This document shows, piece after piece, positions 62,001 to 64,000 of a stretch of DNA of 64,000 bases. Below the pieces are notes generated by a model. The model made no database searches and had not been told where the DNA came from. It saw only the letters and a list, made by a program, of their open reading frames with translations. The stretch is taken from contig OZ316893.1 in assembly GCA_973895155.1 (NCBI GenBank), positions 13,346,359 through 13,410,358 of the forward strand, in the 5' to 3' direction. The stretch's first letter is position 1. Every line of letters begins with the position of its first letter. A program made the position numbers and the translations under genes. Source of the DNA: Marsupella aquatica (Eukaryota > Plantae > Marchantiophyta).

Positions 62001-63835
62001 CTGCACTGAATCAGTACCCCAGTCAGAGTATCCCGGCAAACGAAAACTTGTTATTCATTTCGAATGCAACCAAGTATCCACATGCTTCACCCTCGGTAGA
62101 CACGACCCCAGCTATGTCCACCGACTTGCTGGACTTCGACCAAAGCACTGGTAATTCTATGTCATCAGATTATATCGTGATGACTAAACCTAACTTGCCA
62201 AATATCAAAACTATTGCCACTCAAGTTCCTTCCACGGAGGGTGACGAATCAGGTGGCTCTACGAGCACAACTGGAGCATCAGATCACTCTGTGTCCTATC
62301 GGAAAAGCAGCGAGCTCTTTGGACAACTAACTATGACTCAGCAACTTGCGGAAAACGTGGCTTCCTGTGTGCTCGATCCAAGTCCTGTCAAAGTTGTATC
62401 TCAAGCAGGTCAGGAGAATGTTCAAGAAAACGCATTGGGTCAAGATCGATCCTCATGGCCACTCGATCCAGCGCCAACTTTTTCACCGACACTCTGGGAA
62501 AATGCTCTCGATGATGCTATGGTCACCAATTTTAAAGATGGAAATAATGACGAAAACCTTGAAGAAGAGGAGGAGGAATCTGCTCCAGAGGGCGCGGGGA
62601 CCACAACTAGCATTGCCAAAGACGAAGAAATCGAGGTAGGATTTTCTTAACCATACAGGGTTTCCATAAACCTTCGAAACTGTGTTGGCGCATTTCTATT
62701 GATGGTAAACGCTCGAGGGATACTGTGGATGTTAAGACTGACGTGAGTGTCGATGCAGAGAATTTTTCAGGAGCATCTGGATTTTGGATCCCCCGAGTCA
62801 GAGAAAGAGAAGGAAGTCATTGTTGCAGACACTTTCGAATCAACTAAGGAAGACAGTAATGTGAAAAATGCTGCGGATGCTGCTGCCGCTGAGGCCATAG
62901 CTCATGGCTTACAGGTCAGTTCTTGGCCGATCAGTATGTCCACCCGACGTTTTCTTACGTTCAGCAACTGAATTTTTTACCTCGGTGCTTTTGGAATATT
63001 CAAGGGAAGCCGTGAAATTTTAGATATCTGATATGGACTGGAATTGCAGACTATCAAGAATGCCGACCTGGAGGAGTTGCGAGAGTTGGGATCGGGTACA
63101 TTTGGCACTGTCTATCATGGGAAGTGGAGGGGTACAGACGTAGCTATTAAGCGCATCAAAGCTAGCTGTTTTGCGGGACGACCATCAGAGCAGGAGCGTC
63201 TGGTAAGACTCGGGGTCAATGAGAAAATTGCCCTTCGTTAGTCCCTGTAAGAAACATTGAAACTTTTGCTGATTCGGACTGCTCTCTTTGGGCATAAGAT
63301 GTGGTTGTGCGAAAAGGTTTATCTAGCCTCGTACTGAGAGTATGTCACTGCATGCAGATAGCTGACTTTTGGAGGGAAGCCTGCAACTTGGGAAACTTGC
63401 ATCACCCAAATGTGGTGGCTTTTTATGGTGTCGTTTCTGATGGTCCTGGTGGGACACTTGCCACTGTCACGGAGTACATGGTCAATGGTTCATTGAAACA
63501 AGTTTTGCAAAAGAAAGACAGGTATGAAACATTTGGCTCATTTCTCATAATTGACCTGTTTCTCATTTGCAACTCCATTAGTTCGACGGTGACTATCATT
63601 AGAACCCTCACGGACAACCCGCAGAACTTGTAGGTTTTAGGGCTTTTATTTGGTGACTGAGAATGCTGATCATGTTTGCTCTTGCAGAACAATTGATAGG
63701 AGGAAAAGATTGTTGATTGCCATGGATTCTGCCTTCGGAATGGAGTACTTGCATGAAAAGAATATTGTACACTTTGACTTGAAGTGTGAGAATTTGTTGG
63801 TCAACATGAGAGATCCTCACCGACCTATTTGCAAG
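59060..63835 (+). CDS. PB1-domain Raf-like MAP3K, subgroup B4 (PRAF/MARK-like); 3' end beyond the window
   Basis: PB1 domain: [62 protein letters not shown]. Exons at 59060-62635, 62759 (or 62771)-62914, 63050-63202 ([25 protein letters not shown]), 63358-63521 ([10 protein letters not shown]) and 63688-63835 ([12 protein letters not shown]). Confidence 0.95.
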
Positions 63836-64000
63836 GTAGCCTTCTTCTTTGAGCTTTCGAAAGCATAATCTCGTCACCGTTGTGCCCAGAATCATTGTTG
63901 TCGAGGGCCGACATGTTATAGATTCCAGTGCGGGTGTTTGCGGGAAATTGTTAGTCAAGGTCTTACTATTAGACGCACCTTCAGATTTGAAATGAGCTAC

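Overview
Eukaryotic, intron-containing land-plant DNA. The gene content and style suggest a bryophyte, possibly a liverwort, but this is inference. There are three apparently intact genes: a multi-exon DUF3754/TMEM143-family gene (minus, 5162-11612), a single-exon F-box gene (plus, 31765-33054), and a PB1-domain B4 Raf-like kinase (plus, from about 59060, running off the window). The kinase has a long leader containing a protein-like 170-codon upstream ORF. The window begins with a doubly frameshifted 3' fragment of an ALKBH1-type dioxygenase. The intergenic space is TE-rich. It holds a young full-length Ty1/copia element (17630-23685; matching 421-bp LTRs, TSD TTTTG, gag and pol split by one in-frame TGA) beside CACTA remnants, a Tourist-like MITE, a MULE-like TIR element and several solo LTRs. 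It also holds RLE-type (CRE-like) non-LTR retrotransposon remnants, Helitron-like termini, and a 2.4-kb satellite with about 94-bp monomers and about 527-bp higher-order repeats. No prokaryotic systems, CRISPR arrays or rRNA genes are supported. All calls come from manual reading without database searches.
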